A DNA stretch of 64,000 nucleotides from an uncultured Nitrospinota bacterium (GCA_963707985.1 CAVPRW010000029.1:74815-138814), one strand, 5' to 3'. Numbered from the stretch's first letter, positions 12,341 through 23,805 are shown. Notes: generated by a model from the letters alone, not told the origin. Translations and numbers: made by a program.

Positions 12341-15136
12341 TCAGCGTTGCCGTCGCAGGTGAGTCGGAATAGCGGCGAAGTGCTCGCCGGCGCGCTTTTT
12401 GTGGGTGACGATGGAGAGCGACGCTGGCCGATAAATATTGATGTTGTGCGTATTGGGGGAGGTGATGATGTATTGGGCCCGGGTAGCTTCGAGGAATTGA
12501 GCTACCCGGTCGATGTTCAGCACGTCCAGGTGAGCGAACGGCTCGTCGATGAACACAAAGCCGCCTTCCGATCGTTCATCCATCATCAGAGCAATGAGCA
12601 GGATCAGCGATTTGATCACCTGTTGGCCACCAGAGGCCTGCCCATCATCCAGGCCGATGTATCCCTTGCCATCGAAATTCCAGCGTACCTCGAGACCGGC
12701 CCGCGCCAGTACCTCATCGTCATCACTCAATTCTGGGCGGATCATCTCGACCGCCACACCTGCCAGCTTGCCGAGATGGATGAGGTTTTCCTCATAAAAG
12801 GCAATCGTCTGACGCAGCACACCGATGTATGCCCGGCGCGCCTCGTCGGCGACCCGTGTGGTTTCTTCCCACTCATGCCGTTTGCGCTGCAGACTATCGG
12901 CTTGTTGCTGATGATCGGCCGCGAGCTTGTCGCGGCGATAGACCAGCGTCGGGTCAGTCTCCCACTCGCCTTCTGCTAGCTCCTTCTGAACGCGTTCGAG
13001 GTCGCGTTCGACGCCCTGACGACTGCCAAACATGCGGTTGAACTCGGCGATGGCTTCAATGGTGCGCCACTGGCTCGGCAGGTGCTCACGCAGCAGACGA
13101 CGCTCACGATTCTTGACCCAAAATTCGGCCCGTTCGCGACGCAGTTCCTCCAGGTCTTGCTGCAGCTGCGTGCGCACCAGCTGTTGCGTCTGTTTAGCCT
13201 CTGAATCCTGGCGGATGACGGTGGTATGCGTCCGCCGTAACCGCTCAAAGGTGCGCTGCTCAACCGCGTGGTGTTCGGTTAGTTCCTCTAGGGTGGCGCA
13301 GACCCGTGCATAGTCGGCTTGCACCTGCGTATGATCCGGCGCTCGCGTTTCATAATCTAGGCGCACGCGCTGAGCTGCCAGACGCCGCTCGAGGCCTTGG
13401 CGCTCGGACTCGATGAGGCGAATCTGCTCCTGCAGCGTGCGGGCTTCCGTTTGCAACCGGAGAGCCTCGTCCTGGGCCCGGCGGGCCTGCTGTTGGCGGC
13501 CCGCCATCCCCAGCATGAAATCACCGTTGGCCACCGCGATCGAACGGCCACCGCGCCGTTCTCGCATGAACCCATCGCGGGTGACAAACGTCGTCCCAGA
13601 CGGCAATCTCTGGCCGTCGGCCACTTGGTCGACGAGCTGCACGCCCGCCAGATTGCGACGAATCCAGTCCGGCACTTCGGGGTCCATGTCCACCACACCG
13701 AGGGCTGAGCCAGGCGGTGCCGGGATACGGGTTTGTCCCCGATCCGCGACGATGAAATAGCGGTAACGATGCGTCTCCCCGAGCTCCCAGGCACGCCAGC
13801 GGTCTTCAGGGCGCTGCAGCAGCACCACATAGCGGTGTGCACGCAGTAAAGACTCGATGGCGAGTTGCCAGGAGGTGTCGCGAATCTCGACCGCCTCGTA
13901 GAACAGGCGATGCGGAATCTCCGCTTCGAGCAGAACGCGGTGGAAGGCATCGACAAAGGGATCGAGCCGAATCCGTTCGTGACCGCCAGTGCGGTTGACC
14001 TCCTCCACCTCTTTCAACGCCCGGCGGATTTCCTCCAAGCGCCAACGTAGCTCGCCGCGACGGTCGGCCAGTTCGTCCAGCGCTTTCTGCAGCGGTGCCA
14101 CCGCGTCGGGGGCCACCTGACTGGCCTGCTGCTCCATTTGTTTGAAGAGCTCCAGCTCGTGCTCAAGCACCGCGCGCTGACGATGGTGTTCGACGAGCTG
14201 CGCCTGGATCGCTGTGAGACGGGTGTGGCAGGCTTCTTCTTCGCTATGAGCTGCCGCCACCGCGGCGCGCGCTTCCTCCCATTGTTGGCTCAGCGAGTCA
14301 GTATTCTTTCGACGCTCCTGGACCTGCGTGCGCAAACTCCGAATCCGCGCATAGAGCTTGCGCAGCATTTCGACCTGCGCCACATACTGCGCCTGCGGGA
14401 GGCGGATGGTCTCCAGCGCCTTCTGGGCCGCGAGCAGATTTTGGTAGCGTTGAAACAGGGCCACACGATTGCTCAGCGCCGTCACCTGGCTTTCCAGGCG
14501 ATCAACCTGTAAGGCCAACTCTTGCAGCTCCTGAGCCGCCTCCAGTTGATTGACCCGGGCCCGCTGATACTCATCGAGCGTCTCCTTATCCCCGAACACA
14601 TCGTACACCAAGTCGAGCAGCTCGCGTGGCGACAGCTCACAGAGCTTGTCCGTGGCTCCCTGTTCGAGCGAGAGCACGCGCAGGACCGCCTGACTTAAGC
14701 CCCCTGCCGTCAGGCGATGGCGGTACTCCTGGACCCCCATAAAGCGTTCTTCCTGGGCACTGAGCTCCTGGACGCCCACGTCACCAGGCTCGATGCGGTA
14801 CTGCCGCTGCCATTCGCCGCTGCGCCGCATGACGCGACAGGCCAGGGTCACCTGATCAGTGGTCAACGGGAAAAACGGGCGGCGGCCGCGATGATCACGC
14901 TGATTCGTCACCACGGCTCGGAGCCAGGCATAAGGACGGTTCGAATGCTGGACGTAGGTCGGGTAGGACCGTTTGCGCGAGGTGTTAAGGGCGAGGACCG
15001 TGCGCATGGCGTCGAGTAGGGTGGTTTTGCCCGAACCGTTGGGACCGACGATGGTGATAATCGACTCATCGAGGGGCAGCATCACCCGCTCCCAGTAATC
15101 CCAGTGCACCAGTTCCAGGGCCATGAAACGGAACAT
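12341..15136 (-). CDS. mksB: SMC-like ATPase MksB/JetC-like, 931 aa
   Basis: LELVHWDYW N-terminus; Walker A GPNGSGKT; two long coiled coils around a hinge; signature ASGGQQ; Walker B/D-loop FVFIDEPFAHLD. Confidence 0.85.
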   Translation of the reverse strand: MFRFMALELVHWDYWERVMLPLDESIITIVGPNGSGKTTLLDAMRTVLALNTSRKRSYPTYVQHSNRPYAWLRAVVTNQRDHRGRRPFFPLTTDQVTLACRVMRRSGEWQRQYRIEPGDVGVQELSAQEERFMGVQEYRHRLTAGGLSQAVLRVLSLEQGATDKLCELSPRELLDLVYDVFGDKETLDEYQRARVNQLEAAQELQELALQVDRLESQVTALSNRVALFQRYQNLLAAQKALETIRLPQAQYVAQVEMLRKLYARIRSLRTQVQERRKNTDSLSQQWEEARAAVAAAHSEEEACHTRLTAIQAQLVEHHRQRAVLEHELELFKQMEQQASQVAPDAVAPLQKALDELADRRGELRWRLEEIRRALKEVEEVNRTGGHERIRLDPFVDAFHRVLLEAEIPHRLFYEAVEIRDTSWQLAIESLLRAHRYVVLLQRPEDRWRAWELGETHRYRYFIVADRGQTRIPAPPGSALGVVDMDPEVPDWIRRNLAGVQLVDQVADGQRLPSGTTFVTRDGFMRERRGGRSIAVANGDFMLGMAGRQQQARRAQDEALRLQTEARTLQEQIRLIESERQGLERRLAAQRVRLDYETRAPDHTQVQADYARVCATLEELTEHHAVEQRTFERLRRTHTTVIRQDSEAKQTQQLVRTQLQQDLEELRRERAEFWVKNRERRLLREHLPSQWRTIEAIAEFNRMFGSRQGVERDLERVQKELAEGEWETDPTLVYRRDKLAADHQQQADSLQRKRHEWEETTRVADEARRAYIGVLRQTIAFYEENLIHLGKLAGVAVEMIRPELSDDDEVLARAGLEVRWNFDGKGYIGLDDGQASGGQQVIKSLILLIALMMDERSEGGFVFIDEPFAHLDVLNIDRVAQFLEATRAQYIITSPNTHNINIYRPASLSIVTHKKRAGEHFAAIPTHLRRQR

Positions 15137-15820
15137 TCAGCAGGTCTCCTCGCCGGGATCCTCGGATGCTTCTGCTGGTGAGATAGACGAGGGTTGATCG
15201 AAGCGCGCCCCCAAGACGCGCGATAGCGCTCCCTCGATGATGCGTGGTGCCAGCGTGCTGTAATCGATCAACACATCCAGCAAGGGCCCTTCAGTGATCT
15301 TACCGCGTCGTTCATGGATGAAGCCGCGCCGTTTAAGCTCGCTGAGGTAGCCATGGAAGCGGATCTGACTGCCGAAGAGATGGCCAAAATCGGCTTCTAA
15401 CGTCTTCCGCTCCACCATGACTTCCGGGTCAGCGGCGCGCACCGCCGGCTGTGGTGCGTTCTCGCCTACATCGCCCTCACTTTGTTGCTGTCGTTGGCGC
15501 TTAGGGAGAATCAGCAGGCTCCAGAGAATAGTCAGGAGTGCCATACCACCCCCTGATAGGCCGATATTGTTGGACCAATAACTGCCTTTGCCATCCTCAA
15601 ACACCGGTGTTTCCAACTCACGCGCTACCCGCACGGCGATGTAAGAGGCGTACACATTTTCAGCCAATTCCAATCCAACCTGGCGCAAGGCACTTTCCAC
15701 CCCCTCACGATAGGCCGCATCCACAAGCAAGCGGCGCACTAACCCATCGGTGCGGGGGAGGGTTTGATGTGCCAGCAGACGACAGACCAGCACACGCACC
15801 GCATCGGTTTCAGGGGACAT
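15137..15820 (-). CDS. mksE: MksE/JetB-like KITE subunit
   Basis: About 227 aa between the kleisin-like gene and the SMC ATPase; winged-helix-like C-terminus LSELKRRGFI..ITEGPLLD; stop abuts the mksB ATG. Confidence 0.7.
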   Translation of the reverse strand: MSPETDAVRVLVCRLLAHQTLPRTDGLVRRLLVDAAYREGVESALRQVGLELAENVYASYIAVRVARELETPVFEDGKGSYWSNNIGLSGGGMALLTILWSLLILPKRQRQQQSEGDVGENAPQPAVRAADPEVMVERKTLEADFGHLFGSQIRFHGYLSELKRRGFIHERRGKITEGPLLDVLIDYSTLAPRIIEGALSRVLGARFDQPSSISPAEASEDPGEETC

Positions 15821-17204
15821 GCTGTGGCTCCTGATTGAGGGTTCCTGAACTACTCTCGATTCCTGCCTCTCCCTGGGGGAGAGGGACAGCAGCGGAAGCG
15901 TGAGGCCTTCCGTCCGACAGCTGATGCAGATGGCCGGCATTCATCCGCGCCACGCCGGCGCGATCGACGACCACCTCCTCGGCCTCGATGGCTAATGTAT
16001 AGGGCAGTGACGCTAATCTGGCAACCAGGCCACCACTCTCGGCCGCTTCGGCATCGCCGAGCAGTGACAGCATACTGAGACGATAGGCAGATTCCTCAAA
16101 TGACCCCCAGGGGACAACCTCGGGCAGTGGCACGGTCGGGCGCGTCTCGCTCTGCAACTGGGTGACCAACCGCCCCAATTCGGGAAATGCCGCCGCCTGC
16201 GGCGGCGGCGAGGGGGGAGAGTCCTGGGCCTCCGGCAGCTCACACCACTCGGCGATGTGGCGTTTGCGCTGTATCAGCTCATACTCCGCCTGGTCGGTGA
16301 TAAGATCGGTCAACAGGAAGAGTGGGCGCACAGGCCGCGCCAGGTGGGGAGCGATCAGCCGCCCCAGATCATCGATCGTACATTGCCGCAAAAAAAAGAC
16401 CAGGTCCGAGGTTGAGAGCCCAGTGGCACCCAGATGCACTCGCTGGCGATCGATGTCGTTGAGGACGCGCTGGAAGACGGTGGTCATGCGCAGCAGTCGA
16501 CTCTGCGCTCGACCGATTTGCTGTGCTACCCGATGCAGCTCGCGGTCCAGGGCCGAATCCTGAACGATCTGCGCAATCATCGCGCTGCCGCGTTCGATCC
16601 AAGACCAGATGCTGGTCAGACGCTCGCGGGCTTGCAGGATACGTGGTTCTGAGAGGGCTTCTACAGCTTGCTGCAATTCGGTTTCCAGCCGGCGCAGACG
16701 ATACAACAGATGCGACAGCACCTCAGGGGTCAGGGTGCCGAGCTCGTAGCTCGCGCGGACGACGCCAGTGATCCAGCCGAGATCATCCTCTTCGGTCAAT
16801 TGAAACAATGTCGCCACAGCACCATAGACGCGTAAGCCCGAGGGAGTGAGGACATAGGCGCTTTCAGCGGCATCATAGCGCAGCAGCGCACCCAGACGGA
16901 GGCGACGCAAGGCACTTTCGAGCGGGGCTGGAGTCAAGTATGCAAACGTCTGTCGTAGCTCTGCAAAGGTCCACTCAGGGGCTTGACCTCGCCGTCCCAT
17001 TTCACCCAAGACCAAGAGTCGAACGAGGCTATCACTCATCGATCCGCGAAATAGGGTCATGAAGGCTTCAAGAACCGGGAGCTTGGATTGGAGGAGCCAA
17101 AGCGGAGGAATATCCTCAGGGTCGATGCCGGGGGCAAGAGCCGGGAACACCTCGTCCCGCTCCGGTGGGACAGCGATCTGATCGTCTCGGTGGCGCTCGT
17201 TCAT
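15810..17204 (-). CDS. mksF: MksF/JetA-like kleisin subunit, 464 aa
   Basis: N-terminal wHTH (LESALRRLRLGALLRYD..YVLTPSG), helical middle, first gene in F-E-B order. Confidence 0.7.
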   Translation of the reverse strand: MNERHRDDQIAVPPERDEVFPALAPGIDPEDIPPLWLLQSKLPVLEAFMTLFRGSMSDSLVRLLVLGEMGRRGQAPEWTFAELRQTFAYLTPAPLESALRRLRLGALLRYDAAESAYVLTPSGLRVYGAVATLFQLTEEDDLGWITGVVRASYELGTLTPEVLSHLLYRLRRLETELQQAVEALSEPRILQARERLTSIWSWIERGSAMIAQIVQDSALDRELHRVAQQIGRAQSRLLRMTTVFQRVLNDIDRQRVHLGATGLSTSDLVFFLRQCTIDDLGRLIAPHLARPVRPLFLLTDLITDQAEYELIQRKRHIAEWCELPEAQDSPPSPPPQAAAFPELGRLVTQLQSETRPTVPLPEVVPWGSFEESAYRLSMLSLLGDAEAAESGGLVARLASLPYTLAIEAEEVVVDRAGVARMNAGHLHQLSDGRPHASAAVPLPQGEAGIESSSGTLNQEPQHVP

Positions 17205-17258
17205 AGCGTTCAGTCTAACAGGCCCTCCAACGCGTGGGACGAAGATTCGGGGCGGCGC

Positions 17259-17618
17259 TTAAACCTCCCGGTGCGGCTCGGCGATGTCCTCTTCGATCAT
17301 CTTCCATTCATTGATCACCGTTCGTTCGTGTAACGGGACCTGTGAGCGGTATGCGGCACGGGCGATCATATGCGCTCCCACCGGACCACCGAGGAAGACG
17401 AATACAATGGTCAGCAGCTCTTTGATGCTTGGGCCAGATTCGGAGGCGCTGAAGTAGAGAAAGGACGCCAGGACGATGGCGCTGACGCCGACCGTTGAGC
17501 TTTTACCAGTGGCATGCATGCGACAAAAGATATCCGGTAACCGCAACAGCCCCAGGGAACCTGCAAAGGTAAAGACGAGGCCGACCAGCAACAGCAGACT
17601 AACGATCACCTCGATCAA
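17259..17618 (-). CDS. mrpG: Na+/H+ antiporter subunit G
   Basis: GLLRLPDIFCRMHATGK and PVGAHMIARAAY motifs. Confidence 0.92.
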   Translation of the reverse strand: MIEVIVSLLLLVGLVFTFAGSLGLLRLPDIFCRMHATGKSSTVGVSAIVLASFLYFSASESGPSIKELLTIVFVFLGGPVGAHMIARAAYRSQVPLHERTVINEWKMIEEDIAEPHREV

Positions 17619-17880
17619 TGACCGTTCCTCCCGCCAGGTATTTCGCCAGGGCTACCGTCCCCAGAAACGCCAACAGAGCAATGACCAGGGCGGCATCGAC
17701 ATAGGCGCGACTAGCCGATTTCATGCCAAGCACAAGAATCAGGCCGACGGTATTGATCCCGATGGTATCCAGGCCAATCACCCGATCCGCTTGCGATGGG
17801 CCAGCGATGACCCGATACGCCGCCATGATGATACAGAGTGCCAATACCAAGACCGCGGCAGCGGTGACCATGTCGATCAT
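17599..17880 (-). CDS. mrpF: Na+/H+ antiporter subunit F
   Basis: YRVIAGPSQADRVIGLD motif. Confidence 0.92.
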   Translation of the reverse strand: MIDMVTAAAVLVLALCIIMAAYRVIAGPSQADRVIGLDTIGINTVGLILVLGMKSASRAYVDAALVIALLAFLGTVALAKYLAGGTVIDRGDR

Positions 17881-18353
17881 CGGCTGAGCTCCCGCAAGTA
17901 CACCTCAAAGGCCTTGTGAATCTCCTGCTTGACGTCCTCAGGATCGTCCAGATTCAGGGTGTGGACATAAAGGTAGCGTCGATCCGGTGAGATGTCGAGC
18001 GTCAGTGTCCCTGGCGTCAGTGTAATCATGTTGGCCAGCATGGTCAGAGCCACGTCGTTGGTCAATTCAGTCGGCACGGCGATTACGCCTGAGCGTACGC
18101 GCGCCCGCGGGCTGAAGACAATCCGCAAGACGGCGATATTCGACTTGAGCAATTCTTTGATAAACACCAATGTCATGGTCAGAGCTAACCCCACCTTCCG
18201 AAAATAGCGCGGCCTGAAGAACATCCGACGAAAAAGGTAAATGAGTGCCGCGCTGATGAAGAACCCGCTCACCAAATCGACGGTATCGAGCTCACCCTGC
18301 AAGGCCGCCCACATCAGAGCCAACATCAGGTTAAGTAGAAACAAGCCCGCCAT
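17877..18353 (-). CDS. mrpE: Na+/H+ antiporter subunit E
   Basis: LANMITLTPGTLT motif. Confidence 0.92.
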   Translation of the reverse strand: MAGLFLLNLMLALMWAALQGELDTVDLVSGFFISAALIYLFRRMFFRPRYFRKVGLALTMTLVFIKELLKSNIAVLRIVFSPRARVRSGVIAVPTELTNDVALTMLANMITLTPGTLTLDISPDRRYLYVHTLNLDDPEDVKQEIHKAFEVYLRELSR

Positions 18354-19847
18354 TACTTGGTCCCCTGGCCGGCGGCAAAGACCGCCTCGATGTAGGTTGC
18401 TCTGGAGATGAGTTGGGTTGCCGCCTGCTGCGCGAGCTGAAAGACAGGTTCTCCCACGAGGCCCAGCCCCACGCTGAGCAAGACCAGGAAAGCGGTGGGC
18501 AGGAGGAGATCCATATGCCGCACGGGGCGTGCATGCTTTGGCTTCTCCTCACCCCAAAACACGTAGACATAGATCTTGCTCATCGATACCAAGGTCAGCA
18601 GGCTGCCGAGCAATGCCACCCCCACATAGCCGTACTGTTTTGCCTGCACGCCGGCCGTCAGCAGCGCCAGCTTGGCGAAAAAGCCACTGAAGGGGGGCAT
18701 ACCCGCCAGGGACAGGGCCGCCAGCACGAACAGGGTCGCGACCCACGGATAGGTATCGAGCAGCCCCCCCATGTCGCGCAATTGCTGAGTGCTAGTGACG
18801 CGTTCGGTGATACCACTCACGAGGAAAAGGGCCGTTTTGACGGTGATATGATGGATGATGTAAAAAATTGCTCCCGCCAATGCCAGAGGAGTGTAGAGGC
18901 CAAGACCCAGAATCATATAGCCGATCTGGCTGATGATGTGATACGACAGGATACGTTTGAAGTGATTCTGCACGATAGCGCCCAGCACGCCGACGATCAT
19001 GGTCAAGGCGGCCAACACCAAAATGAGGCTATGGGTAAAAGCTGTGTCCTGCACGAACATAAGGGTGAAGGTCCGGATGAGGGCATAGACGCCCACTTTG
19101 GTGAGCAAGCCCCCAAAAATGGCGGACACAGCGCTCGGTGGCTCCGGGTAGGCATCTGGCAGCCAGAAGAACAGCGGGAAAATCGCCGCTTTCACCCCGA
19201 ACACAAAGAGGAACAGCATCGACAAGGCTGTCATCAGTCCCGACTGCTCCGCGTGCTCAATCTTGAGGGCCAGGTCGGCCATATTCAACGTGCCGGTCAC
19301 CGCGTACAAGATCCCCACCGAGGCGACAAACACTGTTGAGGCCAACAAATTGAGCACCAGATACTTGAAGGATTCCTGCAGCTGGCCTGGTTCACCTCCG
19401 AGGGACAACAGGACATAAGAGGCGATGAGCATGACCTCGAAAAATACGAAGAGGTTAAACAGGTCTCCGGTCAGAAACGAACCATTGATGCCCATCAGCA
19501 GCAGATGGAACAGAGGATAATAGCCTCACTTGCTCCCGCCTCCGATCGATGTCACCAAACGAATACAGCAGCACCGTCAGGCCCATGGTCGCCGACAGCA
19601 CCACCATAATGGTGCTGAGCAGGTCCGCCACCAAGGCGATCCCGAAGGGCGGTGGCCAATTCCCCATCATCGACACTAGAATGCCCTCGGTGCGGACGTG
19701 CCACAGCAACGCTACGGCTGCCACAAGGTTGGCCACACCCGATACCACGCTGGCGATGCGTTGCAGGCGAATGCGACCCCAGCACAGCACACACACCGTG
19801 CCGGTGCATAACGGGATGAGGATCGGCAGTGCCACGAGGAGCGTCAT
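18353..19847 (-). CDS. mrpD: Na+/H+ antiporter subunit D; frameshift near 19525
   Basis: TGDLFNLFVFFEVM, KAAIFPLFFWLP and LLTKVGVY, split over ORFs 19455-19847 and 18353-19495. Confidence 0.9.
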
Positions 19848-20182
19848 TCCGGCGGCCTCCGCAGACGATCCAGATCGTCGGTCCCCAGCGACTGATAGGT
19901 TCGGTACACAAGTGCGAGCATGAACGCGGTGACCGCAAAGCTAATGACGATCGCCGTCAAGATGAGCGCCTGCGGTAGGGGATCGACGTATGGTCCCTGA
20001 TCCCCTTCGACGAGGATGGGAACCGCCCCACGCTTGAGCTTGCCCGTGGTGAGCAATAACAGATTGGTGCCGTGCGAAATCAGTGAGAAGCCGATGACCA
20101 CTTTCAGCAAGCTGCGGCGCAGTACCAGGTAGGTCCCGGTTGCGAAGAGCACACCGATTGCCAAGGTCAACCACAATTCCAT
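19844..20182 (-). CDS. mrpC: Na+/H+ antiporter subunit C
   Basis: DPLPQALILTAIVI motif. Confidence 0.93.
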   Translation of the reverse strand: MELWLTLAIGVLFATGTYLVLRRSLLKVVIGFSLISHGTNLLLLTTGKLKRGAVPILVEGDQGPYVDPLPQALILTAIVISFAVTAFMLALVYRTYQSLGTDDLDRLRRPPE

Positions 20183-20184
20183 AC

Positions 20185-20601
20185 TTATTCCTCAGCCAGC
20201 GTCATGATCATCAGCAACGTCCCGCCTACCACGACACCATAGACGCCAAGATCGAAAAACATGGCCGAGGCGATTTCGATGTCGCCCAGCCATGGTGCGT
20301 GCAGGTGGCCGAACGTACTGGTGAGAAATGGATACCCGAACACCATCGGCACCAGACCGGTGCTCAGTGACGTGGCCAGACCGATCCCTGCCAGCAGCCG
20401 TGGTTCGACGCGAAACACCCGGCGGACGTAACGCAGGTCCGAGGCGATGGCCTGCAGGAGAATCCCTAGGGCGGTCATCACCCCGGCGATAAATCCCCCA
20501 CCGGGGCTGTTGTGCCCCCGCAACAGCAGGTAGACGGAAAAGAGCAGCACGACAAAGAATACCAGCCGCGTGGCCGTGGTGAGAATCAATGAGCTCATCA
20601 T
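20185..20601 (-). CDS. mrpB: Na+/H+ antiporter subunit B
   Basis: [12 protein letters not shown] and FDLGVY motifs. Confidence 0.92.
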   Translation of the reverse strand: MMSSLILTTATRLVFFVVLLFSVYLLLRGHNSPGGGFIAGVMTALGILLQAIASDLRYVRRVFRVEPRLLAGIGLATSLSTGLVPMVFGYPFLTSTFGHLHAPWLGDIEIASAMFFDLGVYGVVVGGTLLMIMTLAEE

Positions 20602-22918
20602 TGCTGCTGGTCCCGTTTGAGTTTGATCAAGGTGTAGACCCCAATCGCGGCAATCGTCAAAACGGTGATCTCGCCCATGGTATCATAGCCCCGGAAGTCC
20701 ACCACGATGACGTTGACCATGTTTCGTCCGCCGCCAAGGCGCAGGCTCTGCTCAAGAAAGTAACTGGCGATCGAAGGGTAGAGCGTGGCGCTGTTGGCGA
20801 TGAGTACCAGGCTCACGACCAGCCCTCCGACCATGATCGAAACCGCCACATCGCGGCTGCGCACCCACCATGACAGCTGTTCTCGGCGGAACGGGGGCAG
20901 ATACCGTAGCACCAGCAGAAAAAGGATAAGACTCGCGGTTTCGATTAACAATTGGGTTAACGCTAAGTCCGGGGCTCGTAACACGACAAACAGGAATGAC
21001 ACTTGTAGACCCACCAAGCCCAGCGTCAACACGGCGGTCAGGGGCTGCTTCGCCAAGGTGACCGCCAGCGCTCCGATCATCAGCAAGGCCAGGAAAGTCG
21101 CCTCATAGAGCTCTACAGGGGCGAGGTCGAGTGTCCCCGATCGCCCTCCGGCTTTCATGACAAACGGGTACATGAAGCTAAGGACGAGAAATCCGAGCGT
21201 CATCATCACCGCGAATTTCAGGTAACCGCTCTGGAAGACCCGGGTGCACCACGTCCCAAGAGCGTCGATGGCCCTCATGCCGCGATCATAGATCGCATTG
21301 AAGCTCACGGGTGGTTGCCTGGATGGCCCCAAGCCGAGGGCTGAGCCCCCGACCGCATAGAGGACGGCGCCCCCCAGGAGCGTTACCAGGCTCATCATGA
21401 CGGCGAGGTTCAGGCCATGCCACAAGGCGACTTGAGGGAGGGGCTGGGGGCCGAGGACACTGGCTACGGCCGGGGCCAGGAGCACGCCATCGAGCCAGCG
21501 CGGGATCGCACCATGCAGGACGCACAGACCTGCCAACAGGGCTGGGGCCAGGAGCATGCCTATGGAGGGATCGCGCAGATGATCTGTCGGGGTCTTCGGG
21601 GCTCTCCCCCAAAAAATGCCATGCACGATCGCCAGGGAATAGGTCACCGTCAGAAGGCTCCCGGCCATGGAAAGACCGGGGAGGAGCCAACCCAAGCCCG
21701 CGAGAGAGGGGGATGTCAGCAGAGCGTCGTAGGCCAATTCTTTGCTGAGAAAGCCGTTGAACGGGGGAACTCCCGCCATCGATAACGCCGCAATGGCTGC
21801 CAGCGTCCCCGTCACTGGTAAGTGTGACCACAGCCCAGTCAATTCCCGGCGATCCCGGGTTCCTGCCTGATGCTCGATGATCCCGACCAGCAGAAACAGT
21901 GCGCCCTTGAAGGTCGCGTGATTGAACAGATGAAAGATGGCAGCCCGCACACTTTCGGCCGTCCCCGGGCCGAAGAGCAACATGATGGCGCCCAACTGGC
22001 TGATTGTCGAGTAGGCTAGCAAGGCTTTGAGGTCGTGTTGCCAGAGGGCCAATACCCCCCCGATGAAAAATGTCACCATGCCAATCGTCGTCACCGTATA
22101 CATCCAGGCTTCCGCTGCCGCCGAGGACCGGAAGCATACGGCACACGAGGAAGATTCCCGCCTTGACCATCGTGGCCGAATGCAGATACGCGCTCACGGG
22201 CGTCGGTGCGGCCATGGCATTAGGCAACCAGAAGTGCAACGGAAACTGCGCCGATTTGGCGCCAGCGCCGACCAAGACTAGACCGAGAATCACTGGGTAG
22301 AGCGAGCTGTCACGAATAGCTCCGGATGACATGGCGAGCTCTGGCAGCTCCAGAGTGCCCGCGACCTGAGACAGCATGATCAGTCCGCCCGAGTAGGGCC
22401 AATCCACCCAGGACCGTGACCAGGAGGGCTTGACGGGCACCATACAGTGACTCCGGCCGCGTCTGCCAGAAGCCAATCAGCAGGAATGAGCTAATGCTCG
22501 TCAACTCCCAGAACACAAAGAGAGTGAGCAGGTTGGCCGACAGCACGAGTCCGAGCATCGCCCCCATGAAGCACAACAGGTAGGCATAGAACCGGCTTTG
22601 CCGCTCCCTGGGTTCGAAGTAATAGTGGGAATACCACGTGATGAGCAACCCCATCCCAGCGACCAGCAGGGCGAAAAAGACACTCAACCCGTCGATCCAC
22701 AGGGAAAAGTTCACCCCCAACTCTGGGAACCAAGGCAGCGTGTAGCGAATTCCTTGGTCATGCGATGTTGAGGTCACGAAGGTGAGGGTGATGAGAAAGC
22801 TCGCGGCCGGTGGCACCAAGGCAATGCGCCCAAGGTGACGTCCAAGGAGGGGACGCAGGCACGGAAGCAGCACTGCTCCGAGCCATGGGAAGAGGAAGAT
22901 AAGCGCAACCAGGGCCAC
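20598..22918 (-). CDS. mrpA: Na+/H+ antiporter subunit A; frameshifts near 22390 and 22110
   Basis: [48 protein letters not shown] and [10 protein letters not shown] in successive frames. Confidence 0.9.
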
Positions 22919-22978
22919 CCGCCGGTGTCTCCTCTCCTGCAGGGCTAGCCACCTTGTCTTATGCCGGTGCGGCAGCCC

Positions 22979-23689
22979 CTAGCCCACGTGGCGTAAGGCT
23001 TCGGGCGGGCGGTGATACGTCGTCCGATCCTCGATGCCGACGGCGTGAAAGGCCTTGATACGTTCAGCACATTTCCCGCACTCACCGCAGTGCAAGCGAC
23101 CTTTCGGGCAGATACAGGAAAAGGTCAGTTCGAGAGGCAGATCTCGACCCATCCTGATCACCTCCTCTTTTGACATTTGCCTGAACGGCGTACGGACCGA
23201 CAGCTGCGCACCCAGACCTTCGGACAGCACATCCTGCATGTGCCCATAGAACTGTGGTGTGCCATCGGGGAAAGGATTGGCACTGAGTGGCGCCGTGGCA
23301 ATCGTGCCAATGCCGCCTAGCACGCAATATACCGCGGTTTTGGCCAGGAGGATGATGTTACGACCCGGCAGGTATACCTCGAAGTCGTCAGAGTCATAAG
23401 GTGGGACATTCTTGCCGGTCAGACTCCAGTGCTCGCCGTATATCTCGCGCAGGTCCATGCTGAGCGTTTTCAGCGGTTGGATATGGCTCTGAAGCGTTTG
23501 GAGCTTTTTGAGAAAGCGCCGCAGCCAATGGCGCTCCGCCTGTTCCCAAAAGAGCCCACAGCGGATGTATACCGGTTGCACCGTGCTGTATTCCTTGGCC
23601 AGTTCCCCGATCAGTACACCACTATCGAGCCCGCCACTAGTCAGCACGCACACTGCATCGTCGCGCCGGCGGGCAGCCCTATCAGTCAT
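22979..23689 (-). CDS. queC: 7-cyano-7-deazaguanine synthase (QueC family)
   Basis: SGGLDS PP-loop, PGRN, SC..HCGECGKC zinc site. Confidence 0.85.
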   Translation of the reverse strand: MTDRAARRRDDAVCVLTSGGLDSGVLIGELAKEYSTVQPVYIRCGLFWEQAERHWLRRFLKKLQTLQSHIQPLKTLSMDLREIYGEHWSLTGKNVPPYDSDDFEVYLPGRNIILLAKTAVYCVLGGIGTIATAPLSANPFPDGTPQFYGHMQDVLSEGLGAQLSVRTPFRQMSKEEVIRMGRDLPLELTFSCICPKGRLHCGECGKCAERIKAFHAVGIEDRTTYHRPPEALRHVG

Positions 23690-23769
23690 AGTTGATCCTC
23701 CTGGTGTTCAGGTGAAACAATCCACGCTAGCAAATGTACCTAATGAAGTCAAGCGCATGAACCCTACGA

Positions 23770-23798
23770 TTGACGCGTCGCGTGGCCTACAGTATGGT
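23770..23798 (+). promoter_or_regulatory. Sigma70-type promoter for spoVG-trmJ
   Basis: TTGACG-17 nt-TATGGT, 7 nt upstream of ATG 23806. Confidence 0.5.
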
Positions 23799-23805
23799 AT
23801 ATCTC

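Noticed and set aside
22979..23689. queC as part of a Dpd/QatABCD-type defence or DNA-modification system
   Set aside because: Normal length, housekeeping context, and no dpdA, TatD or ATPase partner adjacent.
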